A DNA stretch of 64,000 nucleotides from Phoronis australis (taxonomy: Eukaryota; Animalia; Phoronida): the NCBI GenBank assembly GCA_002633005.1, contig NMRA01000236.1:26686-90685 (forward strand), given 5' to 3'. Below the pieces are notes generated by a model, which saw nothing but the letters and a program-made list of their open reading frames with translations, did no database searches and was not told the DNA's origin. This document shows, piece by piece, positions 25,676 through 40,597 of this stretch. Position 1 is the stretch's first letter. Each line of letters starts with the position of its first letter. The position numbers and the translations under genes were made by a program.

Positions 25676-25959
25676 CTGTAACAGATGATTGTCAAATGAT
25701 ATGATCGGCGAGAATCCAATGAGCAAAATGCTGTTAATTTTTTTATTAATGTTTATTATGAAATCGTCAGAATACAATGAATATACATAACCCAGAAAGC
25801 GCCAAGAGGCATTATATCTGGGTTAAAGAAATACAATGAAATCAATATACAATTGTTATACACAAATACATGAATTAAAAAAACTAATGTTAACATTACA
25901 AAATCATATGGTTACGTAGATGTTGCAATGCCGTCGGTTACCGACGAATAAGAATACAA

Positions 25960-26193
25960 AATAGTAAAACTAGTAAAACTAAAATGACGAGCGTCGGTAC
26001 TAAAATATATTAGAATATCCCCACGTATCGAGCGATGCGCATTTTCTCAAGGGTGTGCTACAGACTGCTGAATACACGTGGACAGATCTAAAATGAAATG
26101 GCACAGGGAACCACATAGTGACATACAATAAACGTGAACAATATGAACACAACAGGAGATGGCACCTACCAGTGGGATAGGCCTACGTATGAC

Positions 26194-26235
<42 letters not shown>

Positions 26236-26710
26236 GAGAGAGAGAGGGAGAGAGAGAGGGAGAGGGAGAGGGGGAGACAGAAACCCTATGTCTCTGTTTA
26301 GGCCTCTGGCGTGAGTGTTAAACTTTGCGATGAATTCAGCCTCGCATTTTCTGCGTGCGTAAATGTCCGACAGTCCGCCTTTGACTACAAGTACATAGAC
26401 GTCACTGGTAGTATGGCCTGGGAGATTGAAATGTTCCCCAATGGGGACCGCCCTATTATTGTGAAGATAAACATCTTATTAGATGTGATAAATGTCCCCA
26501 CGCGTGGTATTTTTGGGAGACATGTAACTCGTTACGCACTAGAGTGAACGGCCATAGGCAGACGATCCTTCACAATAATAGATCTATCCACATGTATTCA
26601 GCAGTCTGTTGGACACCATTGAGAAAGAGCGCATCGCTCGATACGTGGGGACATTTTAATATATTTTAGCACCGACGCTCGTCATTTTAGTTTTAATAGT
26701 TTTACTATTT
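25960..26710. mobile_element. Fold-back/MITE with ~130-bp inverted arms and an internal (GA)n tract (26195-26278)
   Basis: 25962-26090 is the reverse complement of 26579-26708 (aaaatgacgagcgtcggt..cccacgtatcgagcgatgcgc..agatcta). Confidence 0.8.
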
Positions 26711-26719
26711 CATATGACA

Positions 26720-28765
26720 TGACTCAACCTCGGGCAATAGGTGAAATGGAGGTGGAGGAAGCGAAGACTTGTGTTTTTGCTATTCGCTTTTCAGTCCGTC
26801 ATTTGTTTCTTTAATCCACGGGTGAACGCATGGACTAAAGCATTCACTGAGCTCATTGGTTAACATTTGGATCATAAACTGAGCTCACAAGATTGCTGGC
26901 GATTTGATTCGTTGTTGTTAGAGGAAGGTAAAAACAGATGAATGGTAACAAGGCCGTTTGCGGTTTTCAAGACGTGTCAAGGGAATTCTATTTTGTTAGT
27001 ACTAACATACTGAACAAAAAATTCTTCATTCTTTTGGTTTATATACATTTCACCAAGTGGTGAAAAACCCTTCGGTGGAACTTCAGCTTTTGTTAAGACT
27101 GAGCTGAGTATTGGCTACACTAAATCAGTTTGACCGTCTGGAAATTACACGTCTGTTTTATTGTTTGTCAAAAATAATCTCCACGGGAAAATGTTCAATC
27201 TCCTGAGGAATATTTATGCTGAAGTGAAATCTTGTGTGAAAAAACAGAGCAAAATCGCACGCTATTTTGAATGTAAGAAATGTGTGAAACAATGGTGTAT
27301 ACTGAGTTCTTGGTTATTCTCTGTATTTGTAAGCGGATTGGTGTCAGAGGTCAAAAAATGGAGGATGAGGTATCAAGTGTGATGACTGTGAATTAAGTTC
27401 GTCACTGTTTGTGGACGATTTGGTGCTTGTGGCGGACACAGTCCCTGGACTTCAGAGAAAATTAAATGTACTGCACAATTACTGTGTGGAATGGAGTCTT
27501 TGTGTTAATCTTGATAAGACAACTATTGTTGTCTTCAAGCGAGGTGGGACTCTGTCGACACAGGAAAAGTGATTCTACAATACGAAATTGGTAGAAACGA
27601 AATCGTATTACAAGTATCTTGGTGTGACATTTTCTTCTAGATTAAAATGGGATGGAAATTGTAGAATATCAGCTCTTTAAGCTAGAAAAGCAATGAACAC
27701 GTTAAAGCACGTTTAACCAAAATGAAATGTAGCTCCCCACATGTATGTAGGAGACCAACTGAAGACGACGGTTGAGCACAGTTCCATCAAGTGTTTAAAG
27801 TAAGTTTTTAAATTGTTTGGTAGTATGGTAGTTCCTATATTGTTATATGGTGCCGAGATATGGCGTACAGTACATTCAAAAGACATAGAAAGTGCTCACA
27901 ATAATTTCTGTAAATGGGTTGCTGGTGTCCCAAAGAAAACAAGTAACGTTATGGCCAGAGGAGAATGCGGCAGGAATTTATTATCTGTGAAATACTTGTG
28001 CAGACCAATAATCTACTGGACCAAACTTCTACAGATGAATAACCCCAGATACCCAAAGAAAAGTTACAGGATGCTACGGGAAGACTGTGAAAAAGGACGA
28101 GCAAATTGGGCCAGTGCAGTTAAAGACATTTTATTCAGATACGGGTGTGGGGAGGTAAGGATAGGTGGACCGGGTAACATCGATGTATTTATATCAGAAC
28201 TTAAGCAAAGACTGTTGGATTGTGGTGCTCAAAAATGGAGGACATCAGTGCAGAGCTCTAGCAAGTGCTCATTTTACTCTATTATCAAAACAGATTTACC
28301 TAGTGAAAAGTATCTTTACTGTCTACCACCAACTCTACGTAGAATTCTAGCCAAATTCAGGTGATCTGGACATCAATTGAAAATAGAAACTGGTAGGCAC
28401 CACGACATTCCAAACGAAGATAGACTTTGCGAAATTTGCAACCGTTCAGAAATTGAAGACGAAATATACTTATTACTTAACTGCCCCATACTTAACGATA
28501 TTAGAATGATTTTTTACCAGAAATATTCCGACAGCGTACTGACATCGAAAACGCCAAACAAACCCTGGAAATCTTTTGAAAAGACTATCCTTATTTGTGT
28601 TAAAGGCTTATGGTATTAAACAGGAAACTCTAGCATTATAATGTATACATATGTATGAAGGTATTGAATACCTGGTCATGAAATTGCCGCCTGTACCAAA
28701 TACTGCAATGTAGTATGTACAAAAATGAGCTTAGCTCCAAGTACAAATAAACAATCTCAATCTCT
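26720..28765 (+). mobile_element. RTEX-like LINE remnant in intron 2
   Basis: LFVDD, YKYLGV, ILLYGAEIW, ARGECGR, IETGR..RLCEIC..IEDE..LLNCP, and the tail aataaacaatctcaatctc. The 5' boundary is approximate. Confidence 0.78.
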
Positions 28766-30606
28766 CCCTGTCCCTCCCTCCCTCTCTCCCTTCCCCCCTC
28801 TCTCTCTCACCCGACACCGGGCAATCCTCCCCAAAAGCCTTCTGCTCACGTCACTGTCCATTACCCTATACGTTGACCACCTCCAACCTTAAAAAATTGA
28901 TTACTCGGCAGAATATTTTATGAGTTGCAAATCAGCAACTAAGTATGAAGGTTTTACAAAATGTTTTTGAAATGATATCTCGACTCCGTAAATCTGAGAA
29001 TTGTGATCGGTTTATACCAGACTCAATAAGTTTCAGGCGACATGAACGTTCTGACCCTGAAACCGAAAATTCAAGAAACTGACACGTTGACTAAACTTGT
29101 TTAAGCAAATTTTTATAGTCATTTTCATTTCTGACACATGACAAAATGTTAATGACATCGTTTTGAAAGCTTTCAGATAATGTAAATGAAGAGGTTGTTT
29201 TCTACACACTGACAAGGACATAGTTTACAACCAGATTAAGTTTTCCACGAGCCCCAATCGGTATCCTGCCTCCCGTTCAGTAATACTAGGGCCTCGCTAA
29301 AAAGCAAGACTTCGCGAGATTGCGAGAGACGTTGCCGTGTAATTTAAGTGGTAACACTTGACGTTGGCTAGATATTACCTAGGTTCTAGCGTAGGCCCTA
29401 GCGTTACTGAACGCACGCCTGGCTTCGCTAGTTCCGTAGGTGCGCCACATAGGGAGTTCCACAAAACTTCCGGTTGCTGAGCTTGAGGCAATTGAATTAT
29501 AATTTTGAATAAATAAAATCAATAGGCAGCAGTGTGAGAGACTGATTCTGTGAGTTCTTGATGGATGTCACCACAATAGAAACTTTGACCAAAACGACTT
29601 TCTTTTATTTGTAGTAATTGATTCTTTTGCGCATGAGCTGGAGGCAACTTAAGGAGGCTCACATTCGCCCCAAAACGAGTCGGGTGCTCGAGACCCCCGG
29701 TCGGCCACGGAAGTCCATTTAGACTTAGTTCTGCGGGACGTGGTGACAGAAACTATTATATTCACTCCCATTGTCTTTGTATTTTTGTTTGTATTTGGCT
29801 CTTATTGGGCAAAATGAAACTTAAAATCACACCTTTTCACGCTTGATGGGACCCATTTGAATTTGCGTTATAAATCGCGGCTTGACATGATACTTTTGTG
29901 GGGATTTAAACTGTAAAAAATGCTTATTGTATTAAAATTGAATACAAGGCTATTTTGAATTGTGGCTTCGATTCTTGATGTACAACACTGTGCTGTGAGT
30001 AAAAGAAGTAATAAACTCCTTTCATAGGTAGCTCTCCAACCCCCACCCCTAAGGTAAATGTAGAGAATCTAGTAGCCACCTGATGAAAACACCACTCCGC
30101 GTCCCGCAGTATGATCCACGAGTTTGATAAGCACTCATTCAATGAAGTGACTTCGTAACACAAAGTTTTCAGACGACTTCCATTCATGACAGCCAATCAC
30201 GACAGATTTAGATCAGTCCCTTCGTTCCCGGTCACCTCCTTAGACCCCAAACTCCCTCCCCAACATCAATCCCCATCATATTTTGTCCTGATCGCCACCC
30301 ATTCCCCGCAGCCGGTTTCTGCCTCCTAGTAACTTGTTCACTATTCTCAACAACCTAGATGAAAGTGAGAAAATTCTTAATCTACCTTGACGACAAAGGT
30401 GAGCATTTTCCGTTTCCAAACCGTATGTACGTTTGATAGTAGTATAACTATTGGTTGTGTTTTCTGACTCTCGCAAACGTTGGCTCCTGTTAAATGAATA
30501 AAACCCGGATGTTAGACGTGACGTATAGGCCATGTTTTATGTAATTTTATGATAAATGCAGAACAAGAAGGAATGTGTTGTAGAATCCAAACAAGACAAT
30601 ATTTAC

Positions 30607-30982
30607 CTTCCACTGGCCACTTTCGTCACGCAGAAATTGCCAAACTCCATTTTTCTTGTACTCTACCCGATACGAAGTGACAAACTTCTCTTTTTGTGTC
30701 GAATCTCCTTTGGTCACAATCCCTGTCACTTTTCTAACCTGACCAAGGTCAAACTCTAGAAATTGCGCATGGTCCAATACTTCCGGAGACCAGCCTCCGC
30801 TTTTCGATCCATTTCTAGTTCTAAATATACGAGCCCTACTCGGTCCCGTATTTAAGTTCAGAGAGCTCGACACCGTGATGCTTTGGTCAGGTATGGGTTG
30901 ATTCCCCGAGACAAGCAGTTTGGTGCACGGGTGGGCATTGATGTCCTCAATTTGCNGAACTCTGCGACTGGACTCCTCGTGT
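30607..30982 (-). CDS. Exon 2 of the discoidin gene (end of pro-region + N-terminal part of FA58C)
   Basis: Acceptor tttgtctctgtcag and donor aag|gtaaat. Motifs IPDQSITVSS, GPSRARI, GGWSP, QFLEFDLG, VTGIVTKG and FVTSYRVEY. One N at 30956. Confidence 0.93.
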
Positions 30983-31801
30983 CTGACAGAGACAAAGCTT
31001 AAGTACACAATTTCAACCAATCAGACACGATCTGAAGGGCGAGGCCCATAGCTCCTAGCTTCTGACCATATTTGGCCATGTCCAAAGGACTCAACATCAT
31101 AGGAAAATTCCATACGTAATACACAGCTTGACCACTAGAGGGCGCATTTATCTTACTTACATAATCATGTCCAGGGCACTCCTGTTACACTACATTACAT
31201 GTGGTCCGTAATACTAGACTTAGGTACGCGTATACAAAATCTCCATCTTAGATAAAGTGAACGACATCATCATTTATTAGTTTTCTTGTCTCGGTTCCAT
31301 GAAACAGTCTGAAGTATGAACTAAGTTAAGTTCTCTAAATTTTCTACGTATTTGTTGACTTGTAAAGACCCTGATTATCCTTTCTGGTGCTATTTTACTT
31401 TCATTACTAAAACATTTTTTGGCTTTGATAAAAAGAGAGGGCAAAATTTAGGTTCAATTCTCAACATTATTGAACATAAGTAGGGACCTTTTCATTCAAC
31501 GTACATAATATGAGGACCAATGAACAAATGGTACTGTTGGTCAGAGAGGATGTCACGATGAAGATAATATGAAAGGAAAATATTACATTACAGATTTGAC
31601 TGGCCGGGTGCATTGAAGACAGCCAGGTTTCATTTGGTCTTGTTCACATTTAGAAGGCGATTATGAACTTCTTATTTGCCCGAGCTTTTGATTGGTTGAA
31701 TGACGGTATACGTGCTCTTGAGGTCTTGTGTAATAGTTCAAGCACACTGTGAACTATCAGCCAATAAGAGAGTGAATTGCACTAGAAGCTTGTCTGTAAA
31801 T

Positions 31802-34800
31802 CAGTGATGTAGTGGTAAAATTAGAGATAAGTAGGCGCCCAAAGCCCACTGTATGGCTTTGAGCACTGAATTTTAAATGTTAATTGAACTCAAATAACCT
31901 GACTCACAAACATGCAAGTCTATTTTTTGACTTACGAGTGGGTATTTACGTGGAGTCTCCTGTGGCGGACCTAGGATGTCGCAGAAAGGGGGCGTAACCA
32001 CACACATTTGAAAGCAAAGGTCTATTATTACGTATGTAATTATTGAAGAGTCAAACCATAGGCTAGCCTATTACAAAGACCTATGGGACAACAAGCACTT
32101 CAACTGAGTTTGAACTTTTATTATCCGAGCGTCTTTTCATGACGAGATTTTAGGAGGTTTGTTAGGTAACGAAACGAAATGAAAAATTCTAAGATTTTGG
32201 AATCGTAAATTAACAATCTTGTGTTAAAATAATTCAGAAACAACTGGTAAACTGGGATGATGTATACGCCTAAACCTGCAGAGTTATCCCTCTATTCTGC
32301 TGTTACAGTGACACGCTTTCTAAAACTTGGCGCATTCATATTGTTTGCTAATAGACCGGGTGCGGGTTTCAGAGGCAAACAACCCTACCTATCCGGCAAA
32401 TAACAATTGTTAGACTGACTGCGCTTAGATATCATCGCATCAAAATGAGCTATAAATATACTGAAATAGTAAAAAATAAATGAAAACAGCTTACAACTTT
32501 CTTGCTATTGCCATGGAAGCACTCGAACGCGGATTTCGTTCGACGAAACTGTATTCGCCACCGGCTCCGGGCTGGCCTTGGGAAGCGTACGACGTACAAC
32601 GTAGCGATCAGGTGTGACGACCTCGTCGTCGATCACAACGTCTGCTTATCTGACGGCAGCTCGACCACCACCTCCACTTTCTCGCTGTGCTTAAATACCG
32701 CCAAAGTAGCCGTCTGTTCGAAAATCATCATGTTAGGAAATGCCTGACCACGTTGCATGATGAAAACACTACCATAATTAATGCGCGGTGGGAATAGTTT
32801 CAAAAGTTATGCCAACGCAACGTAACGTGTTACATTATGCGATACAAAAATCGACAATAACCTTTTCAAAGATCGTTTAAACACGTGTTTTGTTATGTTT
32901 TAAAACTTTTCGAACAGAATGAACTGAACGAGTCGAAAAGCATAGATAAATATTTATACGCGCTTATGGCCTGAGCCTAAGTACTTTGAAAACGCCCCAA
33001 CAAACAACAAATTCGAAAGTGTGAGGCATGGTTTTGCAGTATTTTTCGCCACAAATTCGAATAAAATATCAAACTTGACCTCCGACAAAAAGTTGAGAAG
33101 ATGTGTTTTTGGAACTTTTAATAACTAGGCTGAAGTGATAAAGTTTTATGACCTGATGTAATTGACAGTGTACACAGATCACAATGGAGCTAGTTACGTA
33201 CGGAGATCGTATGCTGATAAATCCCACTGAAATCTTTTGTGCGCTACCATACACTTCGCTTTGTAAAACGCGGCGCTTTCGAGCTTTACTTCACCAGGCT
33301 TTGCTGCGATATGCACATGTGCATGAGCCCATACACAATGAAAAAACTTGAAGTCGGATTTTCTTGCAAGCAGCTGTTTTTCTTTTTCGTTTAGTTTTAA
33401 AGTTAGTAAAATACCAGGTTCTTGTCCAAAGATAGAGTGCTTATTTACAGAATTCCTCCACAAATTTTCTTGTCGCCAGTCTTGTTCTTTTCCGAGTTAC
33501 ATGATCTGGACTGAGAACTATCAGCAGTTATGTATTGTCGAATCCAAGTTTTGGCGTAAGGTTGTGGGTCCAACATGAAAAGCGGGGGACCATTGGCCTT
33601 GCCAAACAGCAAGCTGGAGGTGGTTTCCAATAGCAAACGAGAGCTACAGCGTCTGATACAATCTGATTCATTTTGCTGAATCCTCGCTCACATGCAGCTG
33701 TACTACAAGGACGAGTCTTAATGTAGAGGTCAAGTTGTAGCAGAGTGCATGGTAGGTTGTCTACTCTAACCGTCTCCTCCATTTCTACGAGCTTGAGCAT
33801 TCCCCTGATTGCTGTTGTGGCAACCAGCCTAAACCGCTCTCAAATACGCCTGACTTCGTGCTCGCCATGTCTTATACCAGAGTGAGATCCCATCGGCCAC
33901 GTTTTGGGATCCAAGATGCTCAGAAAAAGAGCAAAATGACTACTTATCACTGTTAAGTGAAAGCTGTTCCGAGTTCACAACAAAATTTTGAATAACCTGT
34001 CCAGGACGTATGGTCACGGTTGTTAGTTTAAGGGTTCCCTTAAGTTCCAGTGACCCAAACCTCTTCTTCGCATGTCAGTGCAGTGACGAATGCATGCCCG
34101 GTATTATCAACCATAGACTAAGGGACATGAACCATCCGACGAATAGGCTTGTCTTCTTGTGGTTCTGCATGGTAGATCCACAAAGAAGCTTGATATCTCT
34201 TCCAGCACACCGTGAATCAGCGCAAGATTCTGAATGAAGGTGGGACTTTCCAAGTATTGCAATAATCCCAAAAACCTGCTCCGATCTCTCGAATTACGGT
34301 TTCTGTCCTGACTGGCTAAGTCGAAATGTTGATGTAGTGCGTTCAATGATCTCCGCACTGCCTTTACCGTTCTGAAACTGTTTGCCACCAACGAGCGTCA
34401 AGCACGCGACCTATTCGAACAAACTGGTACTCTAAATCAGCAGGAGCTTTCAGCTCTGCTTAGTTTTTGGGTGATCGGCTGTACAGTGAAACGACTTTAT
34501 CTATAAATACTCTGAAATGACCACACCCAGTCACTTCTTCCGCAGCATCCCCAACTGCCAACTCTAGCCTGTGGTTTAAGCGTTCCCGTAATGGTGCTGC
34601 AACTCCAGAACGTATTCCGGTACTGGCGCCAACACTTGCAAATGCTACGAGGTACTCTCTGTTAAGGAAGGACGCGTTAATTGATTCGGCGGCTTGTTGC
34701 TCAAGCTGGGCATGATCAAGCATATAAAAAGTGGGACGCTGTCACCAATACATGCTCTTATGAGAAGAGAACGATATAGTAAAAATTAAACTCCGCACGA

Positions 34801-37800
34801 CTTATGCTGACCCACGCAACCCATCAACCCGAACGGAAGCCGCTCTTCAACATGAAGATCAGGTTTTCTACTTGGCCAGCTCGTCTCAAACATAGTCGCT
34901 CCAACACTAGAGGTTAGGGCAAGTCCAGCAAGAAAAGTCGTCATGGAAATTAATTTGTTGGAATATCGAGGGTCTAAAGCATAAAATACAGAGAACTGAT
35001 TTCGTAAATATGTACATATGATATTATCGCTTTGTTGAAACATGGGAAATGAATGAAGATGAGTTCACACTGGAAGGTTACCACCCTCAGCATTTAAGAA
35101 TTCTGGTGGTGTAGTATTATTTTGTAAGGATGTATTGGGGGCTGATAGACTTCTTACAAGTTCGTCTGACGTTTTATTGGTAAAAATTGACCTACCCGAT
35201 TATCTCTATCCTGTTTTAGTTGCAGTTGTGTATCAGTCTCCGAAAAGTTCAAGTAAAAATTACGAAATAATGAAGTCTTGAGCGGGAGGTGCACGGTTAC
35301 ACTGCGAAAATGAAGGGGCTTGTAATAATGGGCAATTTCAATGCTCGTACGCGTAACAGGCCAGACTTTATTGAAGATGATAGTATTAAGTATACGGATG
35401 AATCCAGTCCTACTTTTATTGTGTTGGTTATGTAGAAGATAGCCTGTGTTGTAGGACCTCATAAGATTGTGGTGAGGTAAATGAGTTTAGTGCAGAATTA
35501 CTTAGAGTTTTGTCAAAGAAAAGAGATAAGAATTCTGAATGGAAGAGTAGGGAAAGATGCAGACATTGGTAGTGTATCATGTGTAACTTATACTGGATCT
35601 AGTATTGTTGACTATGTCATGATGAGCAAAGATTTATTGTACTGTGTGGACGATTTTGAAATCGGTGAAATATGTGAATCGACTGCTCAATTTCTATTGA
35701 TATTTAGTATGTGTAAGACTCAGCAAAACAACTGAGCTCGAGGTGAACAGGTTGAAAAATGTTTATAAATGGAATGAGGGGTTGAGCCTAAGATGTACAG
35801 AAAACTGGTCGAGTCCGGAGGTGGATCAGTTGCTCGCTGACTACAAAGTCATTCATAGATTCAAGTGTACAAAGTTTAACGGAAGCCATTAAATTATGTG
35901 CTGCGGTCATGTTAAAACCAAAAGTAAACATATCTTATAATCCAGTTAGTTTTCCCATATGGTGTGACGCTGACTGTAGGAAAATGAGAGCTGTCGTGAG
36001 GCAAAAATTATTATTGGAATACAGAGAGAAAGCAATAGCCGAGCTATATATGTACAAGCTAGAAAAGATTATGTATGGAAAGTTAAAAAAATGAAACGGT
36101 TAGAGTGTAATAGAAAACATTCCAAAAATTTGAAATCAGCTGTGAAGAGTAAAGACAGCAACAAAAAATTCTGGCGCACATTAAATATTAAGAAGGAGGT
36201 ATAACGACGAATGTTAAACCGGAGGAATGCATAAATTATTTCAGCTCTCTGTTTGAAGGCCGCTATTTTGCTACTAATCCGGAGTTCATTCAATTTCATG
36301 TGTTTATTGAGAACTCAGTAAAAATGACATCAATTCAAGTAATGAAATTATTGATATGGAGCTGGACGCTGAGATCACAAAAGACGAAATTATACAAACC
36401 ATCGGTAGTATGAAAGACGGAACTTCGCCAGGATGTGATAAAATTAGCATTGAGTTCTACAAGTATGCTAATAAACAGTTGGTAGATTCGCTGTTCCATC
36501 TATACAACTACTTTTTTAAAAATGGGTGGTTTCCAAAAATAATGGACGAAATCCGTTATATTATCGATATTCAAGGGCGGTGCCAAAATTCCTGAAAATT
36601 TCAGAGGAATTTCCCTCATGCAAGTCACAGCCAAAATATTCGAAAAAATATGGAGCTAGCGACTTGTGAAAGGACTGCAGAAAAAATTGAATATTTTATA
36701 TGAGTATTGTCAGAAATGGAAATTAATTGTTAACATGTCGAAGAAAGAGTGGGATGTTACGATCGTATGAAAAATGGACGTATGATGGGAATACTGTTAA
36801 TACTGTAAATACATATAGATATTTAGGATTAATGTTTACTACGAAAGCTTCGTGGTCTTGCGCTCAGAAAACAGGCTGCTAAGGCAGTGAATATAATGAG
36901 GAAAAATGTCAATGGTTTTAATGCACTCCCTATTAAACTTAGTTTGAAATTATTCGATTGTAAAATACTGCCGATACTTCATTATGGCTGTGAGATCTGG
37001 GGTTTTAGTGAGGGCTAATGTATTGAAATAGACCACACAAAATTTTGTAAAGTAATTTTAAATTTGCCTAGCACCACAATTTCATTGACTGTTAGAGGTG
37101 AGATGGGTCGTTACTCCTTGATTGCACACCGACTTCCTAGAATTATGAAATATTGGTTAAAACTATTAAAAGCCGATGCGTCAAAAATTACATTTTATTG
37201 CTATGAATGGTAGTACAATATGACGGAAAATGTTAATAAACCGTGCCAGGTTAATGATGTAAAGAAATTGCTATTTCAGATTGTTGGAGAAGCATGGTAC
37301 AGTCAGGATGTAGGTGTGTAGGTTCCGAGACAAGCTTCATATCATTTTTTAAACAGAGATACAAAGATATTGATCAGCACAAATGGCAAGAAATTTTGAA
37401 TAATTCGATTAAGCTGGAAATTTACAGAACTTTTATGTTAAATATATGTTTTGAAAATTATTTAGATGTAATTGGCAATATAAATGTTAGATATGACATG
37501 GTAAGATTAAGATGTTCAGTGCATACACTAATGATTGAAAAGGGTGGATACTTGAAACTTAGCAGACCAGAAAGGTTATGCCCTCTCTGTGTTAGGACAT
37601 AGGTCGAGTCAGAATATCATTTTGTTACCGAATTTCCATTCTACGATGACCTTAGGAAACGGTATTTGCGTGCATGGAGCTACAACAATCCCAATGTTAC
37701 AAAATTTAACAGACTCATGACTGTGGAGGAAAAAGATCTTATATGGTCAACTTGTAAATACGTTCATTTCAAATTCAAGCGAAGAAGAGTTCGGGTTATT

Positions 37801-39032
37801 TTTAGTGTTTGACTCATACTTGTATTGTATTTTATGATACATACATACATACATACATACATAGATACATAGATACATACATACATACATACATATATGC
37901 AAATGATCAATGCTCTTAATTAACTTACCGTTGTCAGGTCATCGACTCACACAGGTATCTTGGTATTTTCTGCCATAACTATACTCACAATTTTTACTTG
38001 CATTTGCTTCGTTATGTATTTGAATATGTACGTTGCACTAAAACGAGTATGGAGGGTATCACCCAACTTCTAACCATTCAGTTTTTGAAGGTTTATAAAA
38101 TGGGCGTGATCGGCGAATGGGCGATTCATTTGAACAAGTGAATATGCTGTTCTGAAGACCTTTTTCGGTGTAGTCTGCTCATGAGCTGCGACTTTAATCA
38201 GTGTATTTTTAATTTTACATTTATTTTTCGTTTCGTCAATACTTTGAGCAATATCGTGAGCTGTGGAGCTCATATGGCGACTGATTTTACTCCTAAGCGA
38301 CTTAAGTTTAGACAGTCGTGAATTTCCAGTTGTTCTATTAGAAACTGGGTCAACTCCGAACATATTGATACGCCACTTTCTTCATCAAACCTAGGTTTCG
38401 TGCATTATAGCTAGAAACGCAGCCCAGCTTTCCATCCTTGTTTCCCAGCCAGCGATACTTTTTCTTGAATTCTATCCACTAATCGTAATGGCCACTGTGA
38501 GGAATCTGAAGATTACCTGCAGGTATTTCAGTTTCAGACGCTGAGTCGTACATTTCTGGAATATTGTACTTTCAGCAAATAAGTAACTTTTAGCAGGAGG
38601 ATTTGATCCCGTGCTTTCTGATCTCATTTTGATACCGATTGGCAACCAGTTGATTGTTGTATCATAGGAGCGTAAAATTTGCAAGACCTCAATTAAACTT
38701 CCAATTCAACAGCAATGGGTTCGTCTCATTTGAACGAGTATATTGCAGCTAGCGCTTCAAAGAGCAAAGTTGAAATGAAGCTGCTTACTTTGGAATTTTC
38801 ATACCCGAGTTTTGCCAATACCTCATCGAAGCATGCTTGGCGGTCGCGTGCGCCGAAATGTTCGGCTACAATGCTGTCTTCAGCGTAGCAGCGCATCGAT
38901 ACCGTAAACCATCAGTCGTATCAAGACTACGCCCCACCATACCGTCACTAATTACAGTGTGTAGGGGCTACGTTCAATTGCAAAAAGGTGGTTGGCTGCG
39001 CCTATGTGGGCCTACGCCCCACTAAAGGCCTG
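31802..39032 (-). mobile_element. hAT transposon (KIAA1586/ZNF862-type transposase, decayed) in intron 1
   Basis: Exact 8-bp TSD CTGTAAAT (31794-31801, 39033-39040) and imperfect CAG..TAGTGG TIRs. Fragments RHMSSTAH..KVFRTAY..NRPF, HRLELAVGDA, RWVANSFRTVKAV and PCSTAACERGFSKMN. Confidence 0.9.
34762..37895 (+). mobile_element. RTEX-like LINE (APE + partial RT) with an (ATAC)n tail, inserted in the hAT transposase
   Basis: ILNGRVGKD..GSSIVDY, SPGCDKISIEFYK, YGCEIWG, RGEMGR and RLCPLC, with an (ATAC)n run at 37836-37895. The hAT frame ALIIC|IRAC rejoins across it. Confidence 0.82.
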
Positions 39033-40430
39033 CTGTAAATACGTTTACGATAATGTACCGTGCGTTAATGAAAACGTCGTACGAAAACTGTCGAAGATTG
39101 GACTAAATGAGCGTGGTATCGTTATCAATGACATTTCATTTGATCTGAAGATTCAAAATGAAACCTTAGTAATGCTGTCACAGTTTTTTAAGTTATCTTT
39201 TCGATATTATTTGTGCAATCTTAGATGAAATTTATAATCTCTTTGAAAACTGTCTGTATCTTAAGAGGCATGGAACGCGAAAGCTCCCCAAAATATCTTT
39301 TAAACAACTCATGACGAAAGCAACATCTCGCGACGTCTACTACACAGTGTTATTCGCTTTCCCCTGCGAGGGAATTTCCACAAAATTCACGATTTTTGTA
39401 ACACGTGCGCAGAAAAAACTTCGTAGTCACCACAGAGTTTCTAATATTCCTCCCACTTATGACAAATGAGCGCAGGCGCTCACAGTCAGTCAACAAACAG
39501 CTGAGTGATAATAAGGGCATTAATGGTAGATATCATGTGTAATCGCACTCACAGTCTCATGTCGACACCAAAGTATGAGGCAAGACAATGAAGCAAGAGA
39601 TTTCAAATGTATTTTAGAGCACATTTGAATACTTCGATACCTTTGTAACTAATTTCAAACATCAATTGCCTTTTAATCTGGCTGATGCTTGACGTCGCCA
39701 TTGTTTTGTTTACATCAAATGTGAAGGGTCACATTGTCCACATAAGGAAAGGCGCCAAGTCTATCTCTCGCTATACCAAATAAGGAGACGTGTTTTGCCT
39801 TGTCTGTGGAAAATCAACGAAGTCACGATCGGCTGACAGGTCGCTTTTTTCTAGATTTTAAAAACTAAAAGAAAACTACTTTGACATAAACAGAAATTCA
39901 AACGCTTTACAAGCAAACCGTAAAATTATCTGGTGAACACGTTGAATTCTGTTTCAGTGACAGAGAATGACTTTAGTCTGCTTTTCCGCGTTCCAGGCTT
40001 CTTTAAGATTTTGCTCAAACACAGGCAAAAGTGAAATGAACAAAGTCTCCATATATATGTGGCCTGTCTAAAAGTTTAGTTTGAATTCAATCAATCAATC
40101 ATTTTGGAAATCCGATGTTCCGCAGTAAGCCAAAACGTGACATTTTTCTTGGACTACTTATAACCTCGGACACGCTTTATCAAAAAGTTCGGTTTTAGCT
40201 CGGACCGTTGTAGATTTGATTTACACTTAGTTACGAATTTAAGCTGTGAAATCGAATCGTTGATCATGAACTTCGTTATGACTTTCGTCATTTGCCTCAT
40301 TTTATTGGCCAAAACTAATGTCGTCATACAGTACAGTTCTGACTTATAATACCTATTTAGTTATCATCGTTATTCTAGCAAAAATTGATAGGGACTTCAA
40401 TGAAAAACAAAGGAATTCGTTCTTGTTTAC

Positions 40431-40558
40431 CTGGCCTGCCGGTTTTCTTGCTTCTCGTTTGCGGCCTCATCCACGTCAAACTCATTCTTTTCTACCAAGG
40501 GACGACTAACGACTAAGACGGCCAAGAAAATGGTCGTGACAGCGTTTCTCATAAGCAT
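40431..40558 (-). CDS. Exon 1 of the discoidin gene: signal peptide + acidic pro-like segment
   Basis: MLMRNAVTTIFLAVLVVSRPLVEKNEFDVDEAANEKQENRQA followed by AG|gtaaac. The phase-2 donor matches the phase-2 start of exon 2 (AG+A = Arg). Confidence 0.78.
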
Positions 40559-40597
40559 GATAGGCTGGGTAGCAGTCTTTCAGTTTTCTGACGAACG

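Noticed and set aside
31160-31180. 21-nt phase-2/2 micro-exon of the discoidin gene
   Set aside because: The donor is good but there is no polypyrimidine tract, and the exon is not needed for the frame.
33327-38968. Inner inverted pair (agcccatacacaatg / cagtgtgtaggggct) as hAT ends
   Set aside because: No TSD there. The outer ends at 31802/39032 have an exact 8-bp TSD.
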